Source: an uncultured virus (IMG/VR IMGVR_UViG_2061766007_001614)
Lineage: Duplodnaviria > Heunggongvirae > Uroviricota > Caudoviricetes
IMG/VR virus record: IMGVR_UViG_2061766007_001614
Reading direction: 5' to 3' (one strand)
DNA: 64,000 bases
Below are positions 9,790 to 20,336 of the stretch, one piece after another. The translations under genes and the position numbers were made by a program. The stretch's first letter is position 1. Each line of letters starts with the position of its first letter. The notes below the pieces were generated by a model that did not search any database, had not been told where the DNA came from, and was given only the letters and a program-made list of their open reading frames with translations.

Positions 9790-10552
9790 CGCCTTAAGCC
9801 CGCTCTATTACTGGCTTATATGAGTTTTAATTTACATCATTGACTGATAAAGTTAATTTTCTTTAGCAACAAAATCTTTGCACACATCTTCTTCCGGATC
9901 ACAGTTGCATTTGTACAGTTCAGACATGGAACACTGACATTTACCGGCTGAGAACCATATGCATCCCCCGCAATTACTCTCCTCTTTCTCCATAAGTCTT
10001 CTTCTCCAGTTCCTGATAGTTTTGGTTTGCTTCGTAAAGCTTTGTCTCTAAATCTTTAATGTGACTCCTAAGAGCTTCAGCTTCTTCCTTCTCAATTCTG
10101 AACTGAGGAAATACATCCCAACTCCAGTTCTTAAGATTCCCCAGCAACGCTCTAACCCTTTCTTCCGTTGTCATAATACTTTCCTCCCTTTCTCCATTCT
10201 TCCCGGTGTTCTTGCCTATACTTTCTCTGATAAGCGAGGATCTCGTCCCTTTTCTCCTGATATCTCTCGCGTGATTTTGCTTGGAGACGCTTCTTGTTTC
10301 TTTCGTAATAATTATCCCAACTAAACTTGCCATCAGTTTTGTTGTTTGCTCCCCTACCACGTGCCCCTTTGTCATGGATACATTGAGGAAGCTCGCAATT
10401 AAGACAATCCTTGTTGCAGCTCATTTTTAAATACCCCCTTAAACTTTGTTCTTTGATACCAGTCTTTCATCTGTGCTCGCCTCTTCTCCCGGTTCTCCCA
10501 GTATCTCTTTTTACTAGCAGCGATACATTCCTCTCTGTGAGCCATGTATCGC

Positions 10553-10927
10553 TTATGCTGGTATTCGCTTCTGTCCTTTGCCAATTGCTTCAATTTCCTT
10601 TCTGAATGCCACGCTTATATCTTCCTTAAAAGTTTCCTCTGTATTTAATTTATACTTGTTCTCCCAGAAATTTAAGAACCCCATGGAGAGTTCTCCGGCA
10701 AAATCAAAGTATGGTGTCTCCCAATACTTCTTCGGGAACTCTATGAATTCATCCACCACTTCTCTCCACCATTCATCGGAGAACTCAGCCTGACGTTTCT
10801 TGTAATACATCCAAAACAGTGAACTCATTATTTCTCTGTATGTTTTTTTATCCTTTACATGCGGTTCCAGCTCGGACCAGGCACTGTTTAAAATATCAAA
10901 TTTTATCTGTTGATCTTTGGTCATCAT
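10553..10927 (-). CDS. hypothetical protein
   Basis: 124-aa ORF directly downstream of the helicase. Confidence 0.6.
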   Translation of the reverse strand: MMTKDQQIKFDILNSAWSELEPHVKDKKTYREIMSSLFWMYYKKRQAEFSDEWWREVVDEFIEFPKKYWETPYFDFAGELSMGFLNFWENKYKLNTEETFKEDISVAFRKEIEAIGKGQKRIPA

Positions 10928-10940
10928 TATAATTCACCTA

Positions 10941-12874
10941 TTACTTCCAAGGCAGCGCCTCTAAGTCTTCATCAGTTATATCCTTGAACTCAATCTGTCT
11001 GATGTTGTCTGATATCTTTTCATCATGTTCTCCAGGCTTGCACCAGCCGTAGATTCTGTTCTCAGAAATATCATTTTTCAATCTTTTGGTTTCGATTTCA
11101 TAGAACATTGGATAATAATCATCATCCACTGACCCGAACCTAGCTTTTGCACAGTGCCAGACATTTGTACCGCCCAGGTTCCATTCACGTCCAAAGTACT
11201 GCTTATATGAATTTGAGAAGCTCTGATTTACTCTGTACACAAAAATGATATTGTCTACAGCGTTGACGATATCCGAGGTGCCACTGATATCATACATACC
11301 AAGTAATCCCATAGGCTTGCGTGGATGACATACAATGATTATGTGAACATTCTTTTTCTGTGCAAGCTCATGTACTCTCCACGCAAACGCAGACTGGGCT
11401 TCATACTTCTCCCGGTTAAGAGATGAAATATCAAGTGCCATCAAGTTATCAATGCAGAGCATATCAAGCTTGTGTTTATCAATCATCTTTTCGAGCTGCT
11501 CGATGATTGCATTAAAATCAAATCCATAATCATTGTTGTATAGCCAGAAGTGTCCCTCAAGCCAGTCGGCTATTCGCTCCTGATATTTGAAAGGTACATC
11601 GAAGTAATTCTCATATTGAGTCGTAGTAACAAAAGCTTTTCCAGCAGCCTGCAGATTCATCCATTTCATGAAGTCTCCGTCATCAAGCTCACCACTGAAT
11701 ACAGCGACGTTGTTTCCGGTATCTACTGCGTTAAGAATAATCTGTGAGAGAAGTGTCGACTTGGCACCGCCCGTCTGCCCACTGATGATTGTAACGTCCT
11801 TCTTTCGAAGTCCTCTGAAACGTTTGTCATAATCGGTGATGCCACTTCTTATGATCTGTTCTATCGGTCTTGGACGATGGATGATTTCATTTGCAGTGTA
11901 GAATATAGGCTCCCCTTCTTTAGCCTCAATGTGCTTGGGCTCCGGTGGAATATCCCTGTTGAATGACCTATACATTTGCTGCTCAATGTATTGCTGCTTT
12001 TTCTCATAAGCATCAGGCTCATACTTCATTCGAAGATCCTGCCATTTATAGCTACTGCATGAGTTATGAAAACATGTAAATGAGATTGCTCCGTTTCTAA
12101 ACTTTAGGATACATGAGTCCGGTGATTTGTGATTAGAGTCAAAAGGNNNNNNNNNNNNNNNNNNNNNNNNNNNCATACTTATTAAGCCACTCTTCCAGAT
12201 CAAATTCACGTGGCGAGAAATTGTTATATTGCTTTCTCTCTGGCTCATCAGGGATTACTTCACATAGTTTTTCAAGGTATGATTTANNNNNNNNNNNNNN
12301 NNNNNNNNNNNNNNNNNNNNNNNNNNNNNATTCGGTGAGGTCTAACTGTATCATTTGAACCTTTCTGAGCCAAAGTCCCATACAACTTACACACTCTTCC
12401 AGGATTAAAATTTTTCTTATCAACCTCAACTCTATCTGTTGAGAATAAATAATCTAATGCCCTAAGGGATTTCTCCATAAGACTTCTGNNNNNNNNNNNN
12501 NNNNNNNNNNNNNNNNNNNNNNNNNNNNNNNNNNNNNNNNNNNNNNNNNNNNNNNNNNNNNNNNNNNNNNNNNNNNNNNNNNNNNNNNNNNNNNNNNNNN
12601 NNNNNNNNNNNNNNNNNNNNNNNNNNNNNNNNNNNNNNNNNNNNNNNNNNNNNNNNNNNNNNNNNNNNNNNNNNNNNNNNNNNNNNNNNNNNNNNNNNNN
12701 NNNNNNNNNNNNNNNNNNNNNNNNGTTCAGTTCTTCCATGAAAACATCAACATCGTTGAAGTATCCGCTAAAGACCTTGCTGTCTTCACGAAGGATTCTG
12801 ATTTCAAACAACTCGTCATTAGGTTTCATCAGAGCTATTGTTTTTCTGATTTCTGCTTCATCAATGTAGTTCAT
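10941..12874 (-). CDS. Primase-polymerase-like / DnaB(SF4)-type helicase fusion (broken by gaps)
   Basis: N-terminal FEIRIL...SGYF...VDKKNFNPGRVCKLYGT, Zn-like CFHNSC, Walker A GQTGGAKST, IDNLM, VCHPRK, DISGTSDIVNAVD, KARFG. Confidence 0.8.
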
Positions 12875-13698
12875 TGCAACTTCCTCTTAAGTTGGCCATT
12901 GTTAACAGTTACTGTACTATCCTTACGAACAAAAGTACCTTCTTTTTCTCTCCTTTTCTCCCATGTGATAATGACGTTTTTCCAGTTAGTTATCTTAGTT
13001 TTCCCACGATACCAACTGCAGCCATCATAATAGTTAACAAATTCTTCAGCATCTATGTTGTTACCTCTGCTTCGGCAATACTCAGCTACCTCTTCCACCG
13101 TAGGTGGGAAATGTTTTTTCTTTTTTTCTGTTTTTGTATCTGTTTTTGTATTTGTATCTGTATCTGTATATGTGTTACAGTTTGTTTCACCAGCGTTACA
13201 CTTCGTTACATCACCGTTACATGGTAACGCTTCATCATCTTTTTCATTGCTCTCGAATTCAGATGGTTCCTGGTGTAGTGGTAGTTCTAACTGACCATTA
13301 GAGCTTTCTAATAGTTTCTTTCTAGCCCTGTGGGCTCTTACTCTTTTAGCAGACTCACTTTCACTGACAATTAGATTATCCATCTGAGTTAAAAACATCT
13401 CATCCTCGCTGACTAATTTGACAAGCCCCATTTTTTCAAGATACATGAGTGTGATCTTAACATTCTCAGGATCCTCATCAATCTCAAGTGCAAGCTCTTC
13501 ATAGAATGAATCCTCAATACCGTCAAAGTATAACCTTCCGTCACTTTTTAAACTTAGAAGCATGAGCTTTAAATAGATAATGGTATATGTATCTCCTCCA
13601 GCAATACGTCTAAGCTTCTTTATCTCTTTGTCTTGGAAAAACTCCTCCTTAAGTTTCAGCCAAAAATATCTTTTAACTGATTTTCTTTCGTTCCCCAT
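12871..13698 (-). CDS. phage replisome organizer / replication initiator
   Basis: RYFWLKLKEEFF..KEIKKLRRIAGGDTYTIIYLKLML; C-terminal PPTVEEVAEYC...FVNYY...W.....W. Confidence 0.88.
   Translation of the reverse strand: MGNERKSVKRYFWLKLKEEFFQDKEIKKLRRIAGGDTYTIIYLKLMLLSLKSDGRLYFDGIEDSFYEELALEIDEDPENVKITLMYLEKMGLVKLVSEDEMFLTQMDNLIVSESESAKRVRAHRARKKLLESSNGQLELPLHQEPSEFESNEKDDEALPCNGDVTKCNAGETNCNTYTDTDTNTKTDTKTEKKKKHFPPTVEEVAEYCRSRGNNIDAEEFVNYYDGCSWYRGKTKITNWKNVIITWEKRREKEGTFVRKDSTVTVNNGQLKRKLQ
13095..13230. repeat. putative iterons and low-complexity AT-rich tract inside the initiator gene (lambda-type ori)
   Basis: CGTTACA three times at 10-11 bp spacing (13194-13221) plus GTTACA and inverted GTAACG; adjacent TGTATC/TGTTTT repeats. 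Confidence 0.5.
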
Positions 13699-13723
13699 TA
13701 TTGCTATCCCCCTTAAGACTGAA

Positions 13724-13975
13724 TTATGAGTTGTACTCTTCAAAATAATTATTCATAAATCTTTCAGCCTCAGGGTTATCTGACTGCAAAGCCTTTATGG
13801 TGAGTCCCATTCTTACGGCGCCTTTAATTGCTTGGATAATCTGAACCTTATCCTTGGGCCATTCAAAACCATAATCCATTTGGATAGATTTCGAATAATG
13901 TGGATTGTCAAGCGTAATGTATACGCCATTGCTGGTGTCAATATCAGCAACATTGATTATTGCGCTGTCACTCAT
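13724..13975 (-). CDS. hypothetical protein
   Basis: 83-aa ORF with strong AGGAGGAG SD. Confidence 0.6.
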   Translation of the reverse strand: MSDSAIINVADIDTSNGVYITLDNPHYSKSIQMDYGFEWPKDKVQIIQAIKGAVRMGLTIKALQSDNPEAERFMNNYFEEYNS

Positions 13976-14734
13976 GTTTTTCTCCTCCTTTAGTTAGGTG
14001 AACGGGATCTCTCCCATTCGGTACACCCTCTCAATAGTTGCAGAANNNNNNNNNNNNNNNNNNNNNNNGCAGCCTGGATCTCCTTTTCTGTAGGAAAATC
14101 AAATTCCCCGAAGTTTACCACCTTGAATAGCTTGCCGTTGCTGTCAAACAGATTGATCTTGAATTCGTATATAAGTTCCTGTTCCATGAACTCCCCTCCA
14201 ATAGTCTTTATATAAGCTTAAATTTCGACGCGAAATGGTTCGGTCGATACTTTTATCATCGAAGCTGTTTCACTCCGACTAGACTCCATTCCTATGGACG
14301 CTACTCGGTAAAATTCATGCGCTGNNNNNNNNNNNNNNNNNNNNNNNNNNNNNNNNNNNNNNNNNNNNNNNNNNNNNNNNNNNNNNNNNNNNNNNNNNNN
14401 NNNNNNNNNNNNNNNNNNNNNNNNNNNNNNNNNNNNNNNNNNNNNNNNNNNNNNNNNNNNNNNNNNNNNNNNNNNNNNNNNNNNNNNNNNNNNNNNNNNN
14501 NNNNNNNNNNNNNNNNNNNNNNNNNNNNNNNNNNNNNNNNNNNNNNNNNNNNNNNNNNNNNNNNNNNNNNNNNNNNNNNNNNNNNNNNNNNNNNNNNNNN
14601 NNNNNNNNNNNNNNNNNNNNNNNNNNNNNNNNNNNNNNNNNNNNNNNNNNNNNNNNNNNNNNNNNNNNNNNNNNNNNNNNNNNNNNNNNNNNNNNNNNNN
14701 NNNNNNNNACTAACCATAGTTTGTCACCTCACAA

Positions 14735-14766
14735 AAATAGCCACCCACCCGTAGATGAGTGGCTTA
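14735..14766 (-). terminator. putative intrinsic terminator after ssb
   Basis: AGCCACTCA-TCTACGGG-TGGGTGGCT hairpin followed by ATTTTT on the minus strand. Confidence 0.5.
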
Positions 14767-14783
14767 TAATAACATTGGTTATT

Positions 14784-15194
14784 TTAATTGAAAGGGAGTT
14801 CCTCTTGGATTCCCTCTGGAATGTTCATAAATCCATCATCTGACTTTGGTACTGTATTCTGTGTTGGCTGTGAATTATTGCTCTTGCTGTCGCAGAACTC
14901 TGCCTCGTCAACATAGCAGTCCAGTGTGTATACCTTTCCATTCTTTCCTTCGTAGGATCCACTCTGAAGGTGACCGGAGATTCCGATTCTGCTTCCCTTC
15001 TTGAAATAGTTGTTGATAAACTCTGCTGATTTATCAAAGGCAACGCATGGGATAAAATCTGACTCGTACTGTCCCTGTGCGTTTTTGTACTTTCTCTGTA
15101 CTGCAACATTGAATCTTGCAACTGCTTTGCCTGACTGGGAATACTTAAGATCGATGTCTTTGCAGATATTCCCAACAATTTGTAGCTTGTTCAT
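14784..15194 (-). CDS. ssb: single-stranded DNA-binding protein
   Basis: MNKLQIVGNI.KD.DL...SDFIPCVAF...KKGSRIGISG; acidic tail EELPFN. Confidence 0.93.
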   Translation of the reverse strand: MNKLQIVGNICKDIDLKYSQSGKAVARFNVAVQRKYKNAQGQYESDFIPCVAFDKSAEFINNYFKKGSRIGISGHLQSGSYEGKNGKVYTLDCYVDEAEFCDSKSNNSQPTQNTVPKSDDGFMNIPEGIQEELPFN

Positions 15195-15577
15195 TAAATC
15201 TCTCCTCTCAAAATTTGATATGCTTTATTTAGTTGTTCCATTCCGAAGTATCCGAAGTGACAATCAGATACTTTGATATGCATCTTGTTAGCCAGATTTG
15301 AGTACGCTTTTCTCCTGGCTTCTTTTTTGTGCCGGGAGTCTTTCCACTGCGCATCGAAGAGATCATGGCACTTCATCTTGAGGTCACGCATCTCCTTGTT
15401 TGACAGAACTCCCATTGCCTCTGTAGGTCTTGGCTGATGTGTACCGACATATGCTCCGCATTCTGTACAGAAATAGCAGAGTCCGCTACCATATTCACGA
15501 CCATAGATTTTTGAGTTTGATATCAGTACAACCTTGCCACCGCAGAGGTTGCATGTTGTTGGATGAAGGTCAATCAT
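15194..15577 (-). CDS. DUF3268-like zinc-finger protein
   Basis: CNLCGG...IYGR...CTECGAYVGTH...G.L...HDLFD..W...CHFG. Confidence 0.75.
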   Translation of the reverse strand: MIDLHPTTCNLCGGKVVLISNSKIYGREYGSGLCYFCTECGAYVGTHQPRPTEAMGVLSNKEMRDLKMKCHDLFDAQWKDSRHKKEARRKAYSNLANKMHIKVSDCHFGYFGMEQLNKAYQILRGEI

Positions 15578-15887
15578 ACTTAAAGCCTTTCCATTTGTTG
15601 TAAATCAAGTCTTCTTCGTTCCAATCGGGATACTTGCTCTTTAAGTATTCTCTTGCTTTCTGCTTATACATATCACTCATGTCGCTCTCATCTAACAGAC
15701 GATGATGTATGCGACAAACTGTCAATAAGTTTTGTGGTATCCCGAGCCCTCCTTGACTACGTCTTATAAAATGGGCCTCTCCCCTAGCATTTGGAGACCC
15801 ACAAAAGATGCAACAGTGGTTGTCCCTTTCCTCAACCTCTTCACGCACTTTCGGAGGTATCGAGGTTGCTTTGGTTCTTTTTTTCAT
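15570..15887 (-). CDS. small HNH nuclease
   Basis: VEERD.HCCIFCG...AHFIRRSQGGLGIPQNLLTVCRIHH. Confidence 0.8.
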   Translation of the reverse strand: MKKRTKATSIPPKVREEVEERDNHCCIFCGSPNARGEAHFIRRSQGGLGIPQNLLTVCRIHHRLLDESDMSDMYKQKAREYLKSKYPDWNEEDLIYNKWKGFKYD

Positions 15888-16362
15888 ACTTCTGCTCCCA
15901 CAACATAGCCATATGCGCAATCTCGTCCGGCGTTGCAGTGCTAATCCCTTGTGCCTCACACTCTGCAACGGTTCCTTTTATGAGCGCATTCATTTCTATG
16001 CTGTTATATTCATGGCTTCCTCTATATACACGATAGAAGTACACAGGCCGTCCGTTTTCCTCAGAAACCTTTACGCATTTGGCATGAATGGTTTCCAGTT
16101 CCATCATGTATTCTTCTGGAGCGTTAGTCTTGTATATCAGCGGAACCCCCTCTTCTAAATACATGACCTGACCATAGTCTGCTATCAGATGGTTCTTGCA
16201 GTATGCCATAGATACCCCAAGTTTCTGTCTGAGCTTGTCGACCAATTGGTGAAAAAAAGCNNNNNNNNNNNNNTGCACGGACAAGTCCCATAGGATTTCC
16301 TTGTCCGCATTCATAAGGTGAGAAATAATGTCTATTGCTTTACCAGTTATTACTTCGCCCAT
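15841..16362 (-). CDS. NinB/Orf-like recombination accessory protein
   Basis: AFFHQLVDKL...GSHEYNSIEMNALIKGTVAECEAQGI.T pattern; located in the recombination operon. Confidence 0.6.
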   Translation of the reverse strand: MGEVITGKAIDIISHLMNADKEILWDLSVXXXXXAFFHQLVDKLRQKLGVSMAYCKNHLIADYGQVMYLEEGVPLIYKTNAPEEYMMELETIHAKCVKVSEENGRPVYFYRVYRGSHEYNSIEMNALIKGTVAECEAQGISTATPDEIAHMAMLWEQKYEKKNQSNLDTSESA

Positions 16363-16363
16363 A

Positions 16364-16786
16364 TCACACCCCGGTGGAACCAATCCCCCCACGATCTTCG
16401 TTACCCAAGTCATCAACCTCAGTAAAGGTTATCTTTGGCTGGTGTTCTATTATCCTGAACTGACATATCCTTGTTCCTTTGGCAATAGTAGTGTTCTCTG
16501 TTGCATATGCGGGGAAGTACCACATGTCTCCATTTCCGTGGTATGCTTCGTCCACAACACCTATACTGTTTGCCATCAGTATCTTGTATCTCTTAAAGGT
16601 TGAACTGCGTGGAGCTACAATAGCTTCATAACCATGAGGTAACTCCATTGCTACTCCCAAGGGGAGCAGTTTAAACTTCCCTTTGTTCATAATCACGTCT
16701 TCAGAAACATATAAATCTATCCAATCGCCCTGGGAAAGCTGAGTAATCTTCTCAATATCAGCTAGATACTTTATCTTTATCTCCAT
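16364..16786 (-). CDS. dut: trimeric dUTPase
   Basis: GDWIDL, APRSST, GVVDEAYHG, RICQFRI, RGGIGSTG. Confidence 0.92.
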   Translation of the reverse strand: MEIKIKYLADIEKITQLSQGDWIDLYVSEDVIMNKGKFKLLPLGVAMELPHGYEAIVAPRSSTFKRYKILMANSIGVVDEAYHGNGDMWYFPAYATENTTIAKGTRICQFRIIEHQPKITFTEVDDLGNEDRGGIGSTGV

Positions 16787-16796
16787 TTCACACCCC

Positions 16797-17481
16797 TCAC
16801 GCTGTCTTAGTTGGTCTCTTAAGCAGTCCTGTTAACACCGCAATGCACTTGGATGATGTAAGCGTCTGAAGCTCATTCGTCTTTGCGTACCTAATAACAT
16901 CATCCATGGAACCTGTGCGCTGAATTTCTGCCATGAGATACTCGTACTGCTCCTGACTCATCTTGTTATCTGCAGTAGGAACAAGTCTCTGATCAACGGA
17001 TGCCTTCATCTCTTCGTTAAGCTGCTCTTCTGTTTTCTTTGTAGTTTTCTTTTTGGGTTCCTGTGCTGGTGCATTGTTCTGCTGTTCTTGATATTCTGGT
17101 TCATCTGGATCTTTGTTGTCATCCAGAACAAACAAACCGCCAAGCGCATACTTTCTCGCATAACTTGAACAGGCTCCGGTGATCTGTGCAGGAGACATCC
17201 CTTTTACATCTATAGGCTCCCTTGCGTAGGCAGAATTTTCAATACTATCGCCCGTCTCCACATCTATAAAGCGGGCAACTGCTTTGATGTAGTAGCGGTC
17301 TCCTATTAATTCAAGATCATCTGATACAACCAGGACTGCCTTCTGTGCTTTTAAGAACGGCTTTGTTGCTTCAAGAATGCTTTNNNNNNNNNNNNNNNNN
17401 NNNNNNNNNNNNNNNNNNNNNNNNNNNNNNNNNNNNNNNNNNNNNNNNNNNNNNNNNNNNNNNNNNNNNNNNNNNNGCCAT
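16797..17481 (-). CDS. erf: ERF-family single-strand annealing protein (N-terminus crosses a gap)
   Basis: SILEATKP...YYIKAVA...YARE...GMSPAQITGACSSYARKYALGGLF.LDD.KDPD; SD AAGGAG before ATG at 17481. Confidence 0.88.
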
Positions 17482-17937
17482 AAGTTTCTCCTTTAATTTT
17501 CTTTGTGTTCTAAGTTTATTTTTGGTGTTCAATGCTTCTTCAAGTGTCCGAAATCTAAAACTCTCACCTTCAAAGTGAAAGGCGTAATGCTTTGTTAAGC
17601 CAGGTGTTCTATCATAATAAATNNNNNNNNNNNNNNNNNNNNNNNNNNNNNNNNNNNCTCTATAACTTTCTCTTAAGTTTTCAATCCGATTATCAGTACG
17701 TATCCTGTTGATATGATCTAACTCAGTTGACGGAAATTCGCCGTAGTTTAAAAGCCAAACAATCCTATGGGCTTTGAATTGTTTTCNNNNNNNNNNNNNN
17801 NNNNNNNNNNNNNNNNNNNNNNNGCCATCTTTGTCATAGGAACCATTTCCGCCTTTTCTATCCGTCCTCTCGAGCGTTCCGTCTCTGTGATATATGAAGT
17901 TTTCCAAAATGTACGATTTGTAATCGATAGTTTTCAT
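17480..17937 (-). CDS. HNH endonuclease with AP2-like C-terminus
   Basis: [39 protein letters not shown]. Confidence 0.85.
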
Positions 17938-18752
17938 TGTTCAATAATCCGGTATGAGATGCCACTTAGGTTTAATAAACCTTCAACCTCATCAGCATCT
18001 GCCTTGCTGATGATAAGCTTAACTGTCTGCAGATTATCCACCAGGTCATGTAGCTGGTCTACCGGTGCAGTGCTTTCAGTTTTCTTCGCTTCGGCTAATT
18101 CCGTTTTGGATTCCGAATCAGCCATCTGCTCTTGTATCCTCTGTTTGTCTGCGATATACTGGCTGTTTCTCTGAATTGCCTTGGTTAAATCGAAGTTGTT
18201 ATCCTGTAAAACCTTGATAAGTTCGTCCTCAATCTCACTGTTCAAAGCGTGAACCGCGTCGAGAGCTGACCGAACTCTAGTCTTTACTTCGCTGATGTCG
18301 TAAAGGATATCTGAATCCTTATAAGATGCGTTGTTCCACTGTTTCTTGGCTACCGCTTCGTAAGGGATGAGCCCTTTTAGGTCACCTATGTTCTCTTCGT
18401 ACAGTTCATGAAGGTGTGCCTGTTTTTCTGCAATTCTCTTCTCATCAAATGCCTTTACCTGGCTGTTAATCTCGTCAATCGGCTTGTCGCACAGCTCTAT
18501 GAGCTTCTTACATTCAGCTTCGAACTGTTCGAAAGGCTTCATCCATTCTTTCTTGAGATCCTTTCTCGCATCATCGATTGAAGTCCGGATTTTTCTGATT
18601 TCCGCCACGTCCTTTTTTGACTGGGTTATTGTGTCCTCTGTGACGATAATCCCTTGATAGACCGCCAGCTTTTCGTTGAGCTGCTTCTCAACATCCTTTA
18701 GGTTAGACTCAATCATTCCCTTTTTGTTCACCTGTGCCACTAACAAATCCAT
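17934..18752 (-). CDS. DUF1351-like coiled-coil protein
   Basis: IESNLKD...IVTEDT...KKDVAEIRK...RK..KKEWMKPFEQFE...PIDEIN.QVKAF; usual neighbour of ERF. Confidence 0.75.
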   Translation of the reverse strand: MDLLVAQVNKKGMIESNLKDVEKQLNEKLAVYQGIIVTEDTITQSKKDVAEIRKIRTSIDDARKDLKKEWMKPFEQFEAECKKLIELCDKPIDEINSQVKAFDEKRIAEKQAHLHELYEENIGDLKGLIPYEAVAKKQWNNASYKDSDILYDISEVKTRVRSALDAVHALNSEIEDELIKVLQDNNFDLTKAIQRNSQYIADKQRIQEQMADSESKTELAEAKKTESTAPVDQLHDLVDNLQTVKLIISKADADEVEGLLNLSGISYRIIEQ

Positions 18753-18776
18753 TTTATTCCCCTTTCATTAGTTAAT

Positions 18777-19355
18777 TTATTCGTGTTCTGTGTAGAACAA
18801 ATTATTATCGACTTCTGCGATAAAAGACAGAGTTCTTTTATGCCATGAATGCGGTGAGTTTGAGTTGCTTTCCCAATACAGCGCATGCTGTGTGGGATTG
18901 TACCCACTTTCCAATTGTGCCAGAGCCAGGTGCGAAGCAACATTTACATCCGCTTTTTCGTATGCTCCGCTTGACACTACAGTAAACTGGCTTTTGTCAT
19001 TGAGGATATCCCATAAGGTATCTCCCCATCCGTCTTCATAACGGTTGTATATAGTTCTCATGCACCAGAACTGTCCTTCCTGCCCTGGTCCGCCCTCGCT
19101 TCTTCCAACTTTAAGCAGAAGCTGTGCGTCTGAGTATGATAACTGAACTGTATTGTCCTCACCTCTTTCTGTAGGTTTACAAGTGTACAACAGTGATAAT
19201 TCTTCATCTGTCAGATAATGGATCTCCTTTGGCTTGATAGTCTCAACAATTACCGGTACTTCTTCCGGAACTTCCTCAGGCTCTGGAATAGCTGCAACAC
19301 TTACCATAGCCCCCAACAATAGTCCTGCGCCAAAAACTCCTAAAACTCTTTTCAA
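18777..19355 (-). CDS. SleB-like cell wall hydrolase
   Basis: N-terminal hydrophobic signal; LLKVGRSEGG...GQ....TIYNR...SQFTVV...ALYW. Confidence 0.7.
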   Translation of the reverse strand: MKRVLGVFGAGLLLGAMVSVAAIPEPEEVPEEVPVIVETIKPKEIHYLTDEELSLLYTCKPTERGEDNTVQLSYSDAQLLLKVGRSEGGPGQEGQFWCMRTIYNRYEDGWGDTLWDILNDKSQFTVVSSGAYEKADVNVASHLALAQLESGYNPTQHALYWESNSNSPHSWHKRTLSFIAEVDNNLFYTEHE

Positions 19356-19469
19356 TTTTCAATCTCCCATTAATTTCTACAACTTTAAAGAATATTGCCC
19401 CAATAAAAGTGTATAGTTTTATTATGTACCCCATAGAAACTGATTTCAACATAATAATTTCCCTTTGTA

Positions 19470-19691
19470 TTATGTCAGTGTCACGGTTATCTCTGCCCCG
19501 TCAGACATCCTGTAGATATCCATATCGTCATCATGGATCTCTTCTTCAAGGTCTCCCCTTCTTATGTTGGCCATGAACCCGTTGTCAGCATGGATGGCTA
19601 TAGTATCCTCAATCTCCTCCAGCAATACATTAGTTAACTGTGTCATAATCAGTACACCATATTCTGTTGTTATTTCGAAATTTGCATTCAT
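19470..19691 (-). CDS. small acidic protein, first gene after the SOS promoter
   Basis: 73-aa ORF with GAGGGGAG SD. Confidence 0.65.
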   Translation of the reverse strand: MNANFEITTEYGVLIMTQLTNVLLEEIEDTIAIHADNGFMANIRRGDLEEEIHDDDMDIYRMSDGAEITVTLT

Positions 19692-19721
19692 AGATTTACT
19701 TCTCCCCTCAACTGTAATATC

Positions 19722-19749
19722 ATTATATCACGAACATGTGTTCGTACAA
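19722..19749 (-). promoter_or_regulatory. sigmaA promoter overlapped by a LexA SOS (Cheo) box
   Basis: CGAACATGTGTTCG at 19731-19744 fits CGAAC-N4-GTTCG; minus strand TTGTAC-N16-TATAAT with extended -10 TGATATAAT. Confidence 0.85.
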
Positions 19750-20082
19750 TCGCAAGATATAGAATGCGTGGTTCTACATATTGTGTCAATAGCCTTGAGC
19801 ACGCATCACATCAGCGATTCAGAAGTGCACTTTTTGCTTGTGCAGTTTTAACAAACTTTCACGATAGCGTATTGGTCATATTTAATTTTGCTTTGTTGTA
19901 TTTATTCCGGGTGAAAATGGATATTGAATCTAAAGACATCCCCTGCAAAACTTATTTGATCTCATTTGTACGGACAAAATNNNNNNNNNNAGTATATTAT
20001 AGATGCTCCAATGTTCTGAGAGGGCATAGTTACCCCCTTAGGATGTTGTGGTTTGAGAGTTGAGAACCGGGCAAAGTTCAGA

Positions 20083-20241
20083 TCAACTCTCTTTTTTTGC
20101 GTACAAATCGTCCAGTGCTATTCNNNNNNNNNNNNNNNNNNNNNNNNNNNNNNGATCCTCTGCCATTTCTTCCAGCCTGGAATACTCTTCTCTTGAAAGC
20201 CTAACTCTTATATAGGCCTCACGTGGTTTACCTCTCGACAT
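20083..20241 (-). CDS. small ribbon-helix-helix-like DNA-binding protein
   Basis: MSRGKPREAYIRVRLSREEYSRLEEMAE...RIALDDLY; AAAGGAG SD; not in the ORF track; internal gap. Confidence 0.6.
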   Translation of the reverse strand: MSRGKPREAYIRVRLSREEYSRLEEMAEDXXXXXXXXXXXIALDDLYAKKES

Positions 20242-20336
20242 GCTTTTTCTCCTTTCGCTTGCTCTATTATAGTATAAGTGTTCAATAATGGCAACATTTA
20301 ATTTATACTACTTATCCCACAAAAAAGCAGCGTATT

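Noticed and set aside
14190..14760. Possible ncRNA or gene between ssb and the initiator
   Set aside because: Mostly N-gap; too little sequence to support a call
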